NCBI RefSeq assembly: GCF_018977255.1
Contig: NW_024704742.1
Span: 92,754,001-92,818,000 of the forward strand
Direction of reading: 5' to 3'
DNA from: Callorhinchus milii
Taxonomy: Eukaryota
DNA length: 64,000 nucleotides
Made by a program: the position numbers and the translations under genes. The notes under the pieces were generated by a model. That model saw nothing but the letters and a program-made list of their open reading frames with translations. It searched no databases and was not told where the DNA came from. The first letter of the stretch is position 1; each line of letters opens with the position of its first letter. Below are positions 13,528-27,020 of this stretch, one piece after another.

Positions 13528-13897
13528 CCGGCTGCAGATCATCCAGAACTCTGCAGCCTGTGTCCTCTCCCGCACCAGGCTCCGCGACCCCATCCTTGCC
13601 TGGCTGCCCATCACTCAGAGGATACATACAGTTCAAGATCCTGGTCCTCACCTTCAAAGCCCTCCACAGCCTTGCTCCTCAATACCTCTGTGACCTCCTA
13701 ACACCCTACCAATCTGTCCACTCCCTCCACTCAGCGGGCTCCGGCCTGCTTCACATCCCCTGCCTTGCCTGTCCCATCACCAGCGGACAGGCGTTCAGCC
13801 TCTCTGCCGCCACCCTCTGGAACTACATCTCACAGTCACTTCACCTCGCCTCCTCCCTTGCCTCCTTCAAGACACTCCTCTTCGACCGTGCCTTCAG
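13528..13897 (+). mobile_element. Degenerate L2 3' fragment
   Basis: IQFKILVLTFKALH...LWN...LFDRAF translation. Confidence 0.85.
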
Positions 13898-14414
13898 TGG
13901 TCATCAGCAGGCTGTTGGTGACTGATTTCAATGTAGGCTTTCTCCTCACAGGTATCACAAGCAACAACTTTACTAAGCTGAAAGTATTCTGCCCACCTTT
14001 GCGGATATGTCTAGCCAAAATGTAGCATCAATTTTGAATATTTTTTGTTTTTTATTTTGCCCACAAAATATACAGTCAATTCAATTTACTGTATATTCTG
14101 TGAAGTGCTTTGAGACTTCTTGAAGATGTGATAACAACAAAAACAAGATTACATTTGTATAGTGCCTTTCACGTCGGGAGGACGTCCCAAGACGCTATAT
14201 CAAGCACTATCTCAAGCGCTATAAGGTGCTATATCAAATGCAAGGATTATTATTATTATTTTGCAAACTGAATGTACGCAGCTGTTAAGTGATTGGATTA
14301 AGGGAACAAATTGCTTGATTGAAAGGTTTTCAGTATAAAAGATCAATCACAACTGACTGGCTCTGCACCCTTTATTGGCTGTTCAGAGACAAGTCAGTTG
14401 AGGTTAATCATTTA

Positions 14415-14824
14415 TCTATACTGATAAAGATGAAGTATCTGTCTGTGTATCTGTGTATCCGACACTCATGCAACAACTGATTGACATAGAGACATGGTTT
14501 GTACCTCATCGGAAAGGTCTTGCATTTGGCAGTGTCATGGGCATATTTTTTGGGGGGGGCTATCGCTGTTGAGCTATTATTAACAAGTGCTTTAATTAAG
14601 CCCCAAAATATGAGGTATGCATCGTATTATGCAACTACATAGCGACAGAGGAAAGCACACACCGTTCAGAGATACATCTATATTCTGCAATAAATGTATG
14701 GCACTTTTTTCTGGTTGTCATCAGAGCTAGAGTCCTCCCATGTGGGACAGACAGAGAGAGAGAGACTGAGAGAATATATTATAAAGTGTGGCGACTGTGT
14801 GTTTTGTGAGAGAGACAGAGAAAG

Positions 14825-14862
<38 letters not shown>

Positions 14863-15103
14863 AGGGAGGGAGACACTGAGAGAGAGACACTGAGAGAGAA
14901 ACTAAGAGAGAGACTGAAAGAGAGATGGAGAAAGACTGAGAAAGAGACCGGGAGAAAGAGACAGAGAGAGTGTGAGAGAAAATATATTAAAGGAGTCTAC
15001 CCACAGGAGTCCTCCCAGCTGATTATAGATAAAGATAAAATGTCTGTCCGTGTGTCAACCTACATTCCATATTGGATCCTTTGGTTGCAACTGGTACAAC
15101 TAG
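14415..15103 (+). mobile_element. Probable non-autonomous Helitron containing a (GA)n tract
   Basis: A|TCTATACTGATAAAG 5' end; subterminal palindrome ttggttgcaactgg; CTAG|T 3' end; no TSD. Confidence 0.65.
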
Positions 15104-16251
15104 TCCCGGAATATGTCAGCATTTCTCAGTTCCTTGGGAAATGCTAACATAATCACATATACTTTATGTGGTTTTGTTAGCATTTCCCACGGAACTGGAC
15201 AAGACTAAACGTACTTGGCGAGTGCAAGACAATTATTTATTGAGGACCTGAGAGCTTAATTCTTCAAGGAATGTTCTTTCCTCCTCCTCCTCCTATCTTG
15301 GTTTCCCATAGAGTAGACCTTCCCCATTCGTACCAGCACAAACCCAGCTGGTAGAAGGTGCCCGGAAACCTCTCAGCATGGCCTTGGGATGTTTCCTCAC
15401 AACAGCCCTGAGCATAATAACTCAGACTGTTCACAAACAGATGCTGTAACACCATTCGGTTGTATTTCCATACCCCGTGGCTCAAAAATGTTTAACTACT
15501 TCCCTGTTTAAAAAAAGTCATAGAAAAAATAAATAACAGCCCATGATTATGGCTTTTTTTTTAAAAAAACAAGTGTTGGCCTATTCTCTACCATCCCCTC
15601 CTGACTGCTTGTCAGAGTACAGTTCACTGTACCTCACTGGTTCTTCAGCTGTCAGCCTGGATATTGGCACTGAGAGATGGCAGACTATTTAACTGGGCTA
15701 AATATTTAAGGTTTAATATTAACTTGTGCATCACTTCCCTGTCAATATCCAGCAGCAACTGCAATTCCCCATTTGAGGCTGATGTTTACTAAGCTGAGAG
15801 AGGATGCAAGCTAACTTAAAAGTTTTTCTCACTCAACTTCTGTAAAAAAAATAAGAAAGTTCAAGATGTTTATTTAGTTTGGGATTCAAGCAGTATGATG
15901 GGAATAGGACAGTGTTGACTTGAAACAATGCATAGTTGTTTCTGCCAAATAAAATAGGCCTTTGTGCGGTTTGGAAAATACGAGCTCAACTCATTATGAC
16001 AGACCTCTACTTTTCAGACTGCTTTGTGAAATAAAACCCTCCAGCTGATAGGAGGCACACAGACAGTCACAGAGACAAGTGACAGAGCAGATGCATATCA
16101 AGTAAATTATTGATGGCACTGAGTGGCTCTGAGAGTAAATCCTTTCCTTATCCAAACAGCAAGTTATTTTGAACCATAGCAGCCTTCCTTCTCGCCAAGT
16201 TACACGTATTTTATTCCGATGAGAAAAGGGTTATATATCACCTGTACTAAC

Positions 16252-16386
16252 CATAGATTTCTTCTGTGCACTGCGGGGCACTTTAACTCCAGCAGATTCT
16301 TTTCTCAGAATTTGGACTGGTTTCTGATCTACGTCGGGAGCTGTAGAGGAGGACTCTGTCACACTTAAAGTGCCATTCATTGAAGA
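16252..16386 (-). CDS. SECISBP2: SECISBP2 putative exon 10, symmetric (SSMNGTLSV...VQILRKESAGVKVPRSAQKKSM)
   Basis: Strong gttcttttag acceptor, ATG|GTTAGT donor; 135 nt open frame, phase 0->0. Confidence 0.7.
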
Positions 16387-17717
16387 CTAAAAGAACAAAC
16401 CAGGCACATTCAACGATTTACAATTACAAGCTGCAATAAAAACAATATGGCTTTTAAACTCGTAACAGGCAGCATTTATATCAAGGCATCATTTTCAGAT
16501 TGCTTTCAAATGAAATTAAAAGTGTTTTAATGTCTTGATCAATAAGAAAATAGGTTAAATAGGCTAAATTTAGTATTAAAAACAGTTTTCATACTTTTAT
16601 TAGCCATCCCTTTTTATATTATGGTCAGGAAAAAAAATTTGCTCGATTAAAACAATTGCAATTCACATGGCTCAAGTGGGGGGAAAGTTGTTTTTTACAT
16701 TTGTCATTAATTAAGACAAATAGGTAACAGAAGAGACACTATTGCTTGCTAAGATCAGATTTGTTGGGCTATGGTTTCCACAAAAATGCTTTGTAATGAT
16801 TTACTCAAGATATTCTTGCAAGATGCACTACAAAACATTGAGATAAGGATACCATGAATTTTACTTTTATAATGTATCCTCCTCAGAACTGAACTTAATG
16901 TTCTATTGTCAGTCCGCATCAGTTCTATTCTCTGCAGAGCTACTCCCCCATTGATTTAGAGGAGATCACTCATTGGGCACCTTGAGAGTTACCTTGCCCC
17001 AAAAATAAGAGCTGTGAGAATTATTTTACTGAAATAAACACTTCGTCATTAGTTGGTATCTCTGGAAACTGAATGATCTGAGTTAAGTACAGTCCAGGCG
17101 CAGTCTCCCATCGATCTTTGTTGACTTCAACCCTGTGGCTCCACCACCTGTTCCAGATGGCCAAGCCAAGACTTCAATGTGGGTACAAAGCACAGATGTG
17201 ACTCTGTGTCATATCATCTCATGCTTATGCTACCTTTTGCTTAAAAATAATCTTCATGGCTTTCAGAATTAACAATTATTTTGTTTCAGTTTCGCATGAC
17301 AAATGAAGTTTTAGCCACTCCTTTAATTATAAAAAAATTAGATTTCATTCCAAAACCTATTGAATAGTTTAATGTTGGGAGTAACCGTCACTGAAGACTG
17401 GATGACAAAAGTAGCCTACTTCCACAATTCTTTCAATGGTGTTTAATGTGACATGAAAGGAGATTTTGAACGCAAAGATTTTTACTTAAAAATGATACAT
17501 TTTTTAAGGCACCGAGCATTAATCTGATTACACCTTGTCAAGTGAAGTCTAAAAAATTGCAATGGTGCTGGCAAATTGGATGATCACTGCAAAAGTTGAG
17601 AACCGAACAATTTTCCTAATTCACCCTAGCCTGTATAACAATATAACTTAAGACAACAATTCAATTTATTCAGTTTCAAAATAGCACTTTAGGCCCAAAG
17701 GAATAAAGTTTTCTTAC

Positions 17718-17831
17718 CTCTAATTGACTCCTGGTAACCTGATTGTAGTAAAGGATTTTATTTTGTCCAGGATTGCTGGCTTTGTCTGAATTGCTTTTTG
17801 CTGATGCTAGATCTGGAAATTCTTCATCATC
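17718..17831 (-). CDS. SECISBP2: SECISBP2 exon 9 (DDEEFPDLASAK...TRSQLE)
   Basis: EEFPxL motif continues exon 8; ccgtag acceptor, GAG|GTAAGA donor; 114 nt. Confidence 0.9.
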
Positions 17832-20800
17832 CTACGGATTCAAGAGGAGTTAATTCTGCTGTCACGGTAAAGTTTGTCTGCAAATAGATCCAGACATTCT
17901 ATCGAATTACTTTTAGATATGGAAATTATTTAAATGAAACCCTTTCTCTGACATCAGCACAATCAAAAGGAGTGCCCAAGTTAAAAAAAAACACAACTAT
18001 GACATAGAAAAAGACAATACTAAATAAAAAAAATTACATCTTAGTCACACTGAAACATGTCAAAGTTCTTCATAAGTAATTATTATCAAGTGAAGCGACT
18101 GTTTCTGAGGTTACAAAAAGCCTTTATTTGCACCACTAAAGTCCCTCAAACAAACAATGGCAAATTATTCTTAAGATTTTAGTTCAAGACACAGGGAAGA
18201 ACTTCTTTCTCTTTTCAAATAATGCCTCAGAATTATTTAAAGTCCACCCAAACAGGCAGACTGGACCTCGGTTTACTATCTTATCCAATCCAAAAATAAA
18301 TCATCTGTACCCTTGTTTGAAGAAAAAGTTGTGAAGAAATAATAAATTCTTATTATATAATTGCATAATAAATGTTAAGTATACAAGAATAATCCAAAGA
18401 TGGATGCATTAACTTCCCTTGAACAGGGGGCATAGTTATGCAAATTCCTGGAATAACAGTGTCAGAGCAGCTTTTCTGCCTGCCAAGGAGGAAAACGTAC
18501 AGAGATAGGCGACAGCATTGACATCCTAATTAAAGAAGAACTAACCCAAGTGCACAGAGAATGCCAATAAATCCTTATTGCTTGATATAAAATAATCTCT
18601 GAAATACAAGTCGAGATGTGAGTAACTACTGAGTTGTTAACTAGATGCATTTGTTAAATAATGTGCTTCTCAAGACCCTCCTCTTCGACCGCGCACTCGG
18701 CTACCCTCTTACCCCTACCCAACCCCCTGCTCGGGTCCAAATCCCTGACTGTCCAGCGCCTTGGGACATCCTCTCGACCTGAAAGGCGCTTTACAAATGT
18801 AATTTGTTTCTTGTTATTAAAGTAAATAAATACAGGGGCAACAGGAAGAAAGTTTGGAGGAAGTTCCAGATCATGTTGTGTTGCACCTTAATTCACCCTT
18901 GAATGGATTTTAAACTATTGCTTCTATTAATAGCAATAAGTGTGGTAATATGTGATTTGTTTAATTACCCCTGACTGCCTTACTACAATTAAATGGGTAA
19001 CAGCCTCCCTTGGAAGCATTTGGCTTCTGGGGCAGAAGATTATTGGTACAAATTCCATATAAGACCTTTGAGCTCGCAGTTTGTGATGACTTCAATGCAG
19101 TCCTGGGGAACACCTCATTGGAGGAGGTGTTGCCCTTTGAATCAGATGTTAAACTGAGGACCTGTCTGCCTGTTGGGATGAATGTTAAGATCCCATGGCA
19201 CTACTTTAAAGGTGAAGATAATTTCCCCTGGTGTTCTGGCTAAAGATCCTCCAAATAAAATCAGCCATTCACTTTAGTGCTGTTTATGGGAGTTGCTACG
19301 TGTGCAAATTGACCGCTATGTTGGGCTACAGTCACTACTTCTGACAGCAATTATCTGAAGTTCTGTCTTTTTTGAACATTTTCGGCACTATTATCAAACA
19401 CAAGGATTAGTATTACCTATATAGTTTCCCTGACAAGCAATTGACAAGATCTATTGGCAACTCAAAGTGAACTTTTGGCAACACAAGACATTCGTAAGGA
19501 ATGCTAAAGCACTGGCAACCACCACAGCACAACTTGAATGACCTTTGACCACTGCCATCATTAACAGTGGTCCATTCACCGCTGATGAAACTGGAAAAAT
19601 GTGTCAATTGCCATTTGTATCTCAAAGACTTTTGTGCCTGTTTCTCCCCCTTACCTCTCTCCATAAGCAAATCCTAAACAACATAAACGTGTCAGTTTGT
19701 ATTAATTTGTAGTATCCTGACTCAGTTGGTAACACTCTCATCTCTGATTGAGAAGGTTGTGGGTTCAAGCCCCACTTAGGGACTTTGAACTCACATAGTC
19801 TAGGCTGAGATTCTAATGCAGGGAGTTGTTTGAGAAGTCATTCTTCAGATGAGACATTAAAAACCAAAGCCCTGTCAGTTTATTCTGGTGGATGCTAATG
19901 ACAAGAGAAGGCAGTGTCCTAGTCAATAATTATCCAGATACAAAATTGTCCACTCACTTCATGACTGTCTGTGGGACATTACTGTATCCAAAATTGGCTG
20001 CCACTTTGAAATATACACATATTTTGAGATGTTTTGGCTTGATACATCAACCGCTATATAAAATACAATGATTAGTATTATTCTGGGTCAAAGTGTTGTA
20101 AATGCAAACCACACATGAGCCCTTGAGCTCATAATCTAAAGGGAAAATCCAATACAGCATTGACAGAGCATTGTTTGTGGTGCATTCCTTCAGACAAGAT
20201 GTTAAACCAAGGTCCTGACTGACTTTTCTGGTGAACTAGGTGGCCAGACATACCATGCCGCTAATTTTGATGAATAGTAGTCAACTCTAGAGCGCTGGTC
20301 ATTATTCCACCTCAATCAATATTTAAAATTTTACCTGCTGCTTCAAAGAAGCTGACGGCACATATTGACTGCCACATTTACCTACTTAATAGTCAGTACT
20401 CTTCAAAGTAACTTTGTGGAAAATGCTTTGAGGCATTTTAGAGTGCAACTTGATGAGATTATCAAATGCAAGGATTATCATTATTATTATAAATGCGAGC
20501 ACATCAAAACAGTACCACAATGGACAGTTTCCATAGCTTTTATTGTCCTATATAATCATGTTATACTTAAAATTCATAACTACTATTCAAAGTATATGAT
20601 ACTTGGCGGATTTTTGATGCGTTAAACAAGTACAGTTGATTTTTTTAAAGAAAACTTTAAACCATGTTTTGCAGATTGCTGACCCCTTTATAGGATTTAG
20701 AAGGCTGGGCTGCAATGCCACCCAGTGGTTAAATCAGGAACACCCAGAAATGTTTTTTAACAAAATAATTAATCTAAATTTTTTTTTGGACAGTAGTCGT

Positions 20801-22775
20801 GGTCTCACAAGATCAAAGCAGATCTTCACATCAGTCAACAAGGATTTGAAAACAGTTTATTGTGAGATTTTTATTGAATGATCAGTTTCAACGTTATTGC
20901 TTTTTTCCTTGGTTAATTCGTCAAACATACATCTATCATTGTATAAAATACCAAAGCATACTATTGTATAGCAGTTTTGGGATTATTATTTAAAACACAA
21001 TTTATCAAACTTATTGAAAGCTTGGCTCAGTTAGTAAATCTCAATATGATGCTGGAACAGACATCCTTTGAATCAGAAGGATGTGTATTTCAGCACCATA
21101 TTGAGACTTGACCTCAAATGTCCAGACTAATACTTGGAATAATAACAATAAAACTTAAATTTGGTGTAAGACCTTTCATGTCAGGAAGACATCTTAAAAC
21201 ATTTCACAAGATATACTGTAAAGTGCAGTGTATTTTGCAAATGAACAAGGCAGCTGATTTACGCACAAACAGCGTCAAGGGAATGACCAATTTTACTGGA
21301 GTCTGTTGGCCAGGACACAGGGAAAAACATTTCCAATAGTGCCATGGGATATTTACCGTCCAACTGTAAAAATCCTGCAGCATAACATCTCATCCAAAGG
21401 TCGGCACCTCCGTACAATTCAGCTCCCCCAACCCCCCCCGCCCCCCCCACCCCAGCACTGTAATGTTTGTAAGTGTTTGATATAGTGCCTTTCAAGACAG
21501 GAGGACGACTCAAAGTGCTTCATAGGATTTACTGTAGTCTAGTGATATTGTATTTTGTAGACAACACTTCAATGCAGCACTGCAGGATAATAATAATAGT
21601 AATAATAATCCTTGCATTTAGAGATGCTTGTTTTGTCCATCACATATTATTTTAAAGACTGAGAGCTGCCTGTCTGATCTTCTGGTGGACATTAAAGATC
21701 TCATTATACTATTCAAAACATATAGGAAATTTCTCCCAATCTCTTAGCTAACAAACCTCAAATGTAATTGGTTATTGTGGGACGTAGCTGGCACAAGCAC
21801 TTATCACATTTACCTTNAAAAAGAGTGACTTGACTTGCCTGAAATTACTTGCAAAAGGTTACCTGTTACGTTTCCATAACATACAAGCTTGCAACTATCA
21901 CATATAAAAGTTTGCTATCAACTTGTCAAGAAATACCGCAACAATAACAACTTGCATTCATATAGCGCCCTTCACTCAGGGGAGCATCCCGGAACACTTG
22001 AGCACTAACTAACACAGCAATTTAGTTGAGTTATTCCTATTGTAGTTTACTGAGGGAAAGGAGATCACTTGGATCACCAAGTTGTATACGGAAGATGGAT
22101 TTAATATTTGCAGTTTTGACACTGTGAAACTAGTTTCACAGGTACCTAATCAGGTCTCCCAAACAGAAAAGGTCCACTTGTACAACTTGTCCAACAGGTT
22201 GGGTAAATCTGGCTGCCAGTGACACGAACAACATCATGATCCTTCCCCCACACTTGGCAATGTTGTAGGTATTAGAGGTTAGGACATGCCATATATTTCA
22301 TAATAATAAACTTCAGATTCCTTCACTGAGGATGTTATCACTGCACATGACCCAAATTTAAACAGTATGATTACCAATAAAAAACTTTGCATTTGATATA
22401 GCACTTCTTCACTTCATTGAAAGTGCTTCACAGGATTTACTGCAGATTATAGTGGCTGCATTTTGTGGGTGAACCGGGTTGCCAATTTGTGCACCGCAAA
22501 TAGCCATGAAGAGAACGACCAATTCTATCTGGAGGACAGGACACCAGAAGAAACTCCTTTCTCTTTTCAGTGTCATGGAATTTTAACATCCACCTGAATA
22601 GGCAGATTGGACCATTGTTAAACATCTCATCTGAAGGATGGCACCTCTGACAATGCAGCGCTCCCCCAAAACTACACTGGAGTGTTAACCTGGACTACGT
22701 GTTCAAGATCCTAAAATGGGGCAAGAACCCGCAGCCTTCTAACTAAGAGGTGAGAGGGCTACCAAAACATAAACA

Positions 22776-23145
22776 ATAATAATAATCTTTGCATTTGATA
22801 TAGTGCCTGGTCACTTTTTCAAGATGTCTCAAAGCACTTCAGAGTATACTGTAGTGAATTGACTGTATATTTTGCGGGTGAAATGTGGCAACCAATTTTG
22901 CACAGCAGTGTCCCACAAATAGTCATGGATTGAGTGACCAAATTATTATTATTACTTTTTCTAAGTGATTATTACCCCCAGAAAAGCGATCCTCCAATCG
23001 ACTAACAACTGAGTTCCTACTTACTGCATGGTAAACAAAGACGTGTGACGTCAGGACACTTGCCTAACATTTTGCCCTGTTGGGAATCGAAGCCAGGTCC
23101 TCTCACTTGTGAGGCGAGTGCTCTAACCACTGAGCTACAGGACTC
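22776..23145 (-). mobile_element. tRNA-derived SINE, long form
   Basis: Same head and tail plus the internal gtaagtaggaac segment. Confidence 0.88.
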
Positions 23146-23210
23146 TAATTCAATTTAAAGAATGTTCATTTTACTACCCCAGTACGATATAAAATCATAA
23201 AATTAAATAC

Positions 23211-23339
23211 CTCAAATCGAGGTAGTTCTTGCACAGTGATCTTGGTTTCCTCAGGTTTTGGAACAGCATCCAAAATGTTGGATTTCTTTTTCTTCTTTTT
23301 CATTTTTCCCGATGTTTTCGATTGTTCACCAACTTCACT
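23211..23339 (-). CDS. SECISBP2: SECISBP2 exon 8 (SEVGEQSKTSGKMKKKKKK...VQELPRFE), with basic NLS-like tract
   Basis: ttctgcag acceptor, GAG|GTATTT donor; poly-Lys tract and QExPRxE motif; 129 nt. Confidence 0.9.
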
Positions 23340-23409
23340 CTGCAGAACAATTTGATTATGCTTACAAACCGAAAATGCAAACTTGAGCAATTACAGACTA
23401 TATAGTAAC

Positions 23410-23567
23410 CTGCATTTCTGGTTGGTCCCCGACCTTAGCAATGTTACGTGCATGTGCCTTTGGTGAAGCTGAACTGGTAACTGGTCTCCTTGGTGTTTGT
23501 GAAACAATGCTCGCCCACGATGATGTAGGTGGAGTCGCAGCCACCGTAGACTGAGCCTTTGATGTTT
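23410..23567 (-). CDS. SECISBP2: SECISBP2 exon 7 (ETSKAQ...SWASIVSQTPRRP...QPEMQ)
   Basis: ctttacaccag acceptor, CAG|GTTACT donor; phase 1->0; 158 nt. Confidence 0.82.
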
Positions 23568-23835
23568 CTGGTGTAAAGAAAATATGCAACTTTACCATTT
23601 TTAAAAATGCAATTTATTTCACACCATTAATATTTGCCGAATGGAGTTTTAATAAATATATATTTCACCATGAAAGACAGCATCATAAACAAACACAGAC
23701 AGGGTTTTAAAAAAAAGGGATGAGTTTTAAAATCGGAGTTGAGATACATCATTGAAACAAGGCTGTAATTCATATATCAACGTTGCTTGCACTGAAATCA
23801 TCATATCCGATTCTCATAGTTTTACTTCATTAACA

Positions 23836-24132
23836 TTTGTGGAACACTGCTGTACGCAATTGGCTGCCACGTTTTGCCCACAAATATACAGTTAATTCAC
23901 TTTACAGTGTGTTCTGTGAAGCGCTTTGGGACGTCCTCCCGACGTGAAAAGCGCTATATCAAATGCAAGGATTATTATTATTATTTGTGGAACACTGCTG
24001 TACGCAATTGGCTGCCACGTTTTGCCCATAAAATATAGTCAATTCACTTTACAGTATATTTTGTGAAGCGCTTTGTGAGACGCCTTGACGACATGATGAA
24101 GCACTATATCAAATGCAAGGATTATTATTATT
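23836..24132 (+). mobile_element. Two tandem SINE 3' halves
   Basis: atttgtggaacactgctgtacgcaattggctgccacgttttgccca present twice, each ending in (TTA)n. Confidence 0.88.
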
Positions 24133-24442
24133 ACAACACACAATATTTTAAAAAACACGAAGAGCTGTAGGATAGCTTACATCCATCTTGATGCTCATGA
24201 ATTATTAGATCACCGATGCCTGAGGTATAAGTTGTATTCCGTAGCTCCTCATCTATAAATAATTATTACTCCGTGCTAAGCTTTCAAATGTGTTAATCCT
24301 TTTTAAGTGTGGAGGGAGTAAGAAGTCAAATATTTATTAGAAAATAATCATCTCCAAATGTTATTAAGAATAAATCTCAATGTTGAGAACTTTCAGGGAC
24401 TGCTGCTAAATTTAACCTTCAGCATGAAGTTACTAACAACAA

Positions 24443-24882
24443 ATAACAACTCGCATATAATCAGCGCCATTCATGTAGCATAATATCTCGGGGCACTTCA
24501 GTGTCGTGGTTGAATGTTGAGCAAGAAAGAGGGAGCTGGGGAGGTATCCATAGACATGGTCAAGAGATCTTAAGACAGGATTTGAAGATGGATTGAGAGG
24601 AGACAAGACAAAGGGATAGAGGGAGAGGGAGTTCAGAGTTCCAGAGGCTGGGGTGGAGGAACTGAAGGCTTGACCACTGAAAGTGGCACAAAGGGGGCAG
24701 AGAACTACAGCAGGCTCAAGTTAGCTGAGGCGAAAAGACAAGCAGAGGAGTAAGATAGGAGAAGATCAGAGAAACAGGGAGGTATATGGTGTGAAGAGTT
24801 TTTACAGGTGAGGGTGAGGACCTTGAAGTTGATCCATTGGGAGACTGGGAAAGAGTGGAGCCTGGCAAGATTGGGGTGATCG
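24443..24882 (-). mobile_element. Old L2 3' fragment
   Basis: Reverse-complement similarity to the L2 3' region and tail. Confidence 0.6.
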
Positions 24883-25140
24883 TGTCATATGAATAACCTA
24901 ATATGTAAGAAATGATCCATAGTTTTCAGTTCCTAATTTCTTTTGGACCGATTAAAGCAGCAGCTAACCATCAATTTTAAACCCTGGACTTTTCAGTCTA
25001 TTTGGTAATTTAGAAGATATATATATACTGTTTAAAATATGATGGATGGTTTCAGAAAATGTGCAGTAATTTTTAAAAAAAAAGTACTTCTACAAAGTAT
25101 AATAATTATAAATCATTATCAATAATAATATCCTTTCTAC

Positions 25141-25225
25141 CTGTAATAGTAGCGAGGGCAGAGACCGAGCATTCCTTTTGAATATTGGAAAATACATATC
25201 GCTGGGCTTTTCCCAATTCCTCACC
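25141..25225 (-). CDS. SECISBP2: SECISBP2 exon 6 (GEELGKAQRYVFSNIQKECSVSALATIT)
   Basis: ttgttttag acceptor, G|GTAGAA donor; phase 0->1 bridges exons 5 and 7; 85 nt. Confidence 0.75.
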
Positions 25226-25866
25226 CTAAAACAATAAAAACAGATTTTTTTTACAATCGATACAAGACATTATGTGAAATACACTTAAACAGATTCATAC
25301 AGTTGCTTGCTAGGAAATGATCAGCTTTTAAGATTGTTCTGCAGGAGTACGCCAACTCCCACCTTGCTTGAGATCAGCCAACTCAAGGTGGATCTTGGAT
25401 TTGTATGTTTGGTATCTATCATTTTCACACTCTTTAGTGGCTTCACTTCACACCTGTATTACTCAATAAGCTCATTTCAACAAATGCAGCTCATTTTGTC
25501 CTTTTGTTTCCTTAATGAGGAATTCTTCAAATTATTGTATCACCAATTAAAAAGTATCTACTCGCCTATAGGCGGAACGTTTTGAGGCGTCTCGGTGATG
25601 TGATAAGGCGCTATATCAAATACAAGGAATATAATTATATCATTAAAGTTTTAAAATTCAGACATATTCGTATTTGGCAAAAAATATTAAAACTGAACTT
25701 AAAAATACCAACATTCTGAAAAAGGTTTTAGAATTAGATTTTAATAGCCTCAAATTATTATCTAATAAAGACATCTAACTACCCCCACCAAAAAAATTTT
25801 GCTCGAAACAATCGCTGTCCAGTTAGTTGCCTTGGAAACTCAACTTTGTAACACAGTTCCCCTTAC

Positions 25867-26120
25867 CGTGCTTGTAGTATTATCTGTGCACCATAGTTTG
25901 GAAGTGTGCTGGGAGCCTTCACTGGAAGGCAGGGTAGATACCTGAGAATCTTTGAGGTCATAGTTACATTGCGTAATATCACATCTTACTGTGCTCTGTA
26001 GCAAGGGAAAATCACTTAATGCAACGTCAAATGTGTCAGAAGTCTTGGGCTCAGATATATTTTGAATTTTCCGAAGTAGCTTGGATTTGCTGTGCTGAGG
26101 GCTGTTGTACTGATTTTTTT
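25867..26120 (-). CDS. SECISBP2: SECISBP2 exon 5 (EKNQYNS...FDVALSDFPLLQ...NTTST)
   Basis: cttccag acceptor, ACG|GTAAGG donor; DFPxL motif; phase 1->0; 254 nt. Confidence 0.85.
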
Positions 26121-26624
26121 CTGGAAGATAATACAAAACACGGTGAACAAGTACCCATTGGGCATGCAAATTAAGCATTGCAATTATATTGGTTAAAATA
26201 AACAATCTTTACTATAACAGATTTAAGGTTATGTACAACAATAGGTGATATACAAATTTCAACTGAATCCAAATAATATTCTGTATATTACTTCAATGTG
26301 CAACACTACATTTTGAAGACTTGCACTTAGAATATGAAGGAACTTGCATTTTTATATGGAGGCAAATTACAGTATACCAGAACAAAGACAGAGATCTGAT
26401 AGTGCTTCACAATTAAGGTAGGTTTTGATAAGGCAAATAGGAAGAAATTATTTCCACTGATCAATGAGTCAGCACCTGGAGGGTTTAAATTTAAGATGAC
26501 CAAAAAACAAAGGGAGAAGTTAAATTTATTACACAGAATTATTTGGACATGGAATGCCCCATCAAAACCAATAGTTGAAGCAGGATCCATAATAGCTTAT
26601 AAATGGATTTGGACAAAAATTGAA

Positions 26625-27020
26625 CAGCAACAAATTGCATTTATATAACGCCTTTCATGTCAGGAGGACGTCCCAAGTGCTGGAAAGTCAAGGGTTTAGA
26701 CTCAAGCAAGTGGGGTTTAGACCAAAGGGTGTCGGGGGGGATTGAAGAGGAAGATCTTGACACGGGCCTTGAAGGAGGCAAGGGAGGGGGCGAGGTCGAA
26801 GAGCTCCAGGATGGCGTTCCAGAGGGTGCGGGGCAGAAAGGCTAAAGGCCCAACCTCCAATGGTGGATTTGGCAGGCCAGTACATGCTGAGCAGTTGGTA
26901 GGGTTTAGGAGGTCACAGAGGTAGGGTAAAGATTTTAAACGCGATCCTCTGGGAGATGGGGAGCCAGTGAAGCTGATCGGCTCACGGAGATTAAAGTGGA
27001 AGAGGACACAAGCTGCAGAG
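26625..27020 (-). mobile_element. L2 3' fragment inserted in a CR1 3' remnant (~26360-27150)
   Basis: STIGGWAFSLSAP translation and L2 tail; flanks resemble the CR1 3' end at 63200-63535. Confidence 0.7.

Noticed and set aside
21817..21817. Single N base
   Set aside because: Assembly ambiguity, not a biological feature
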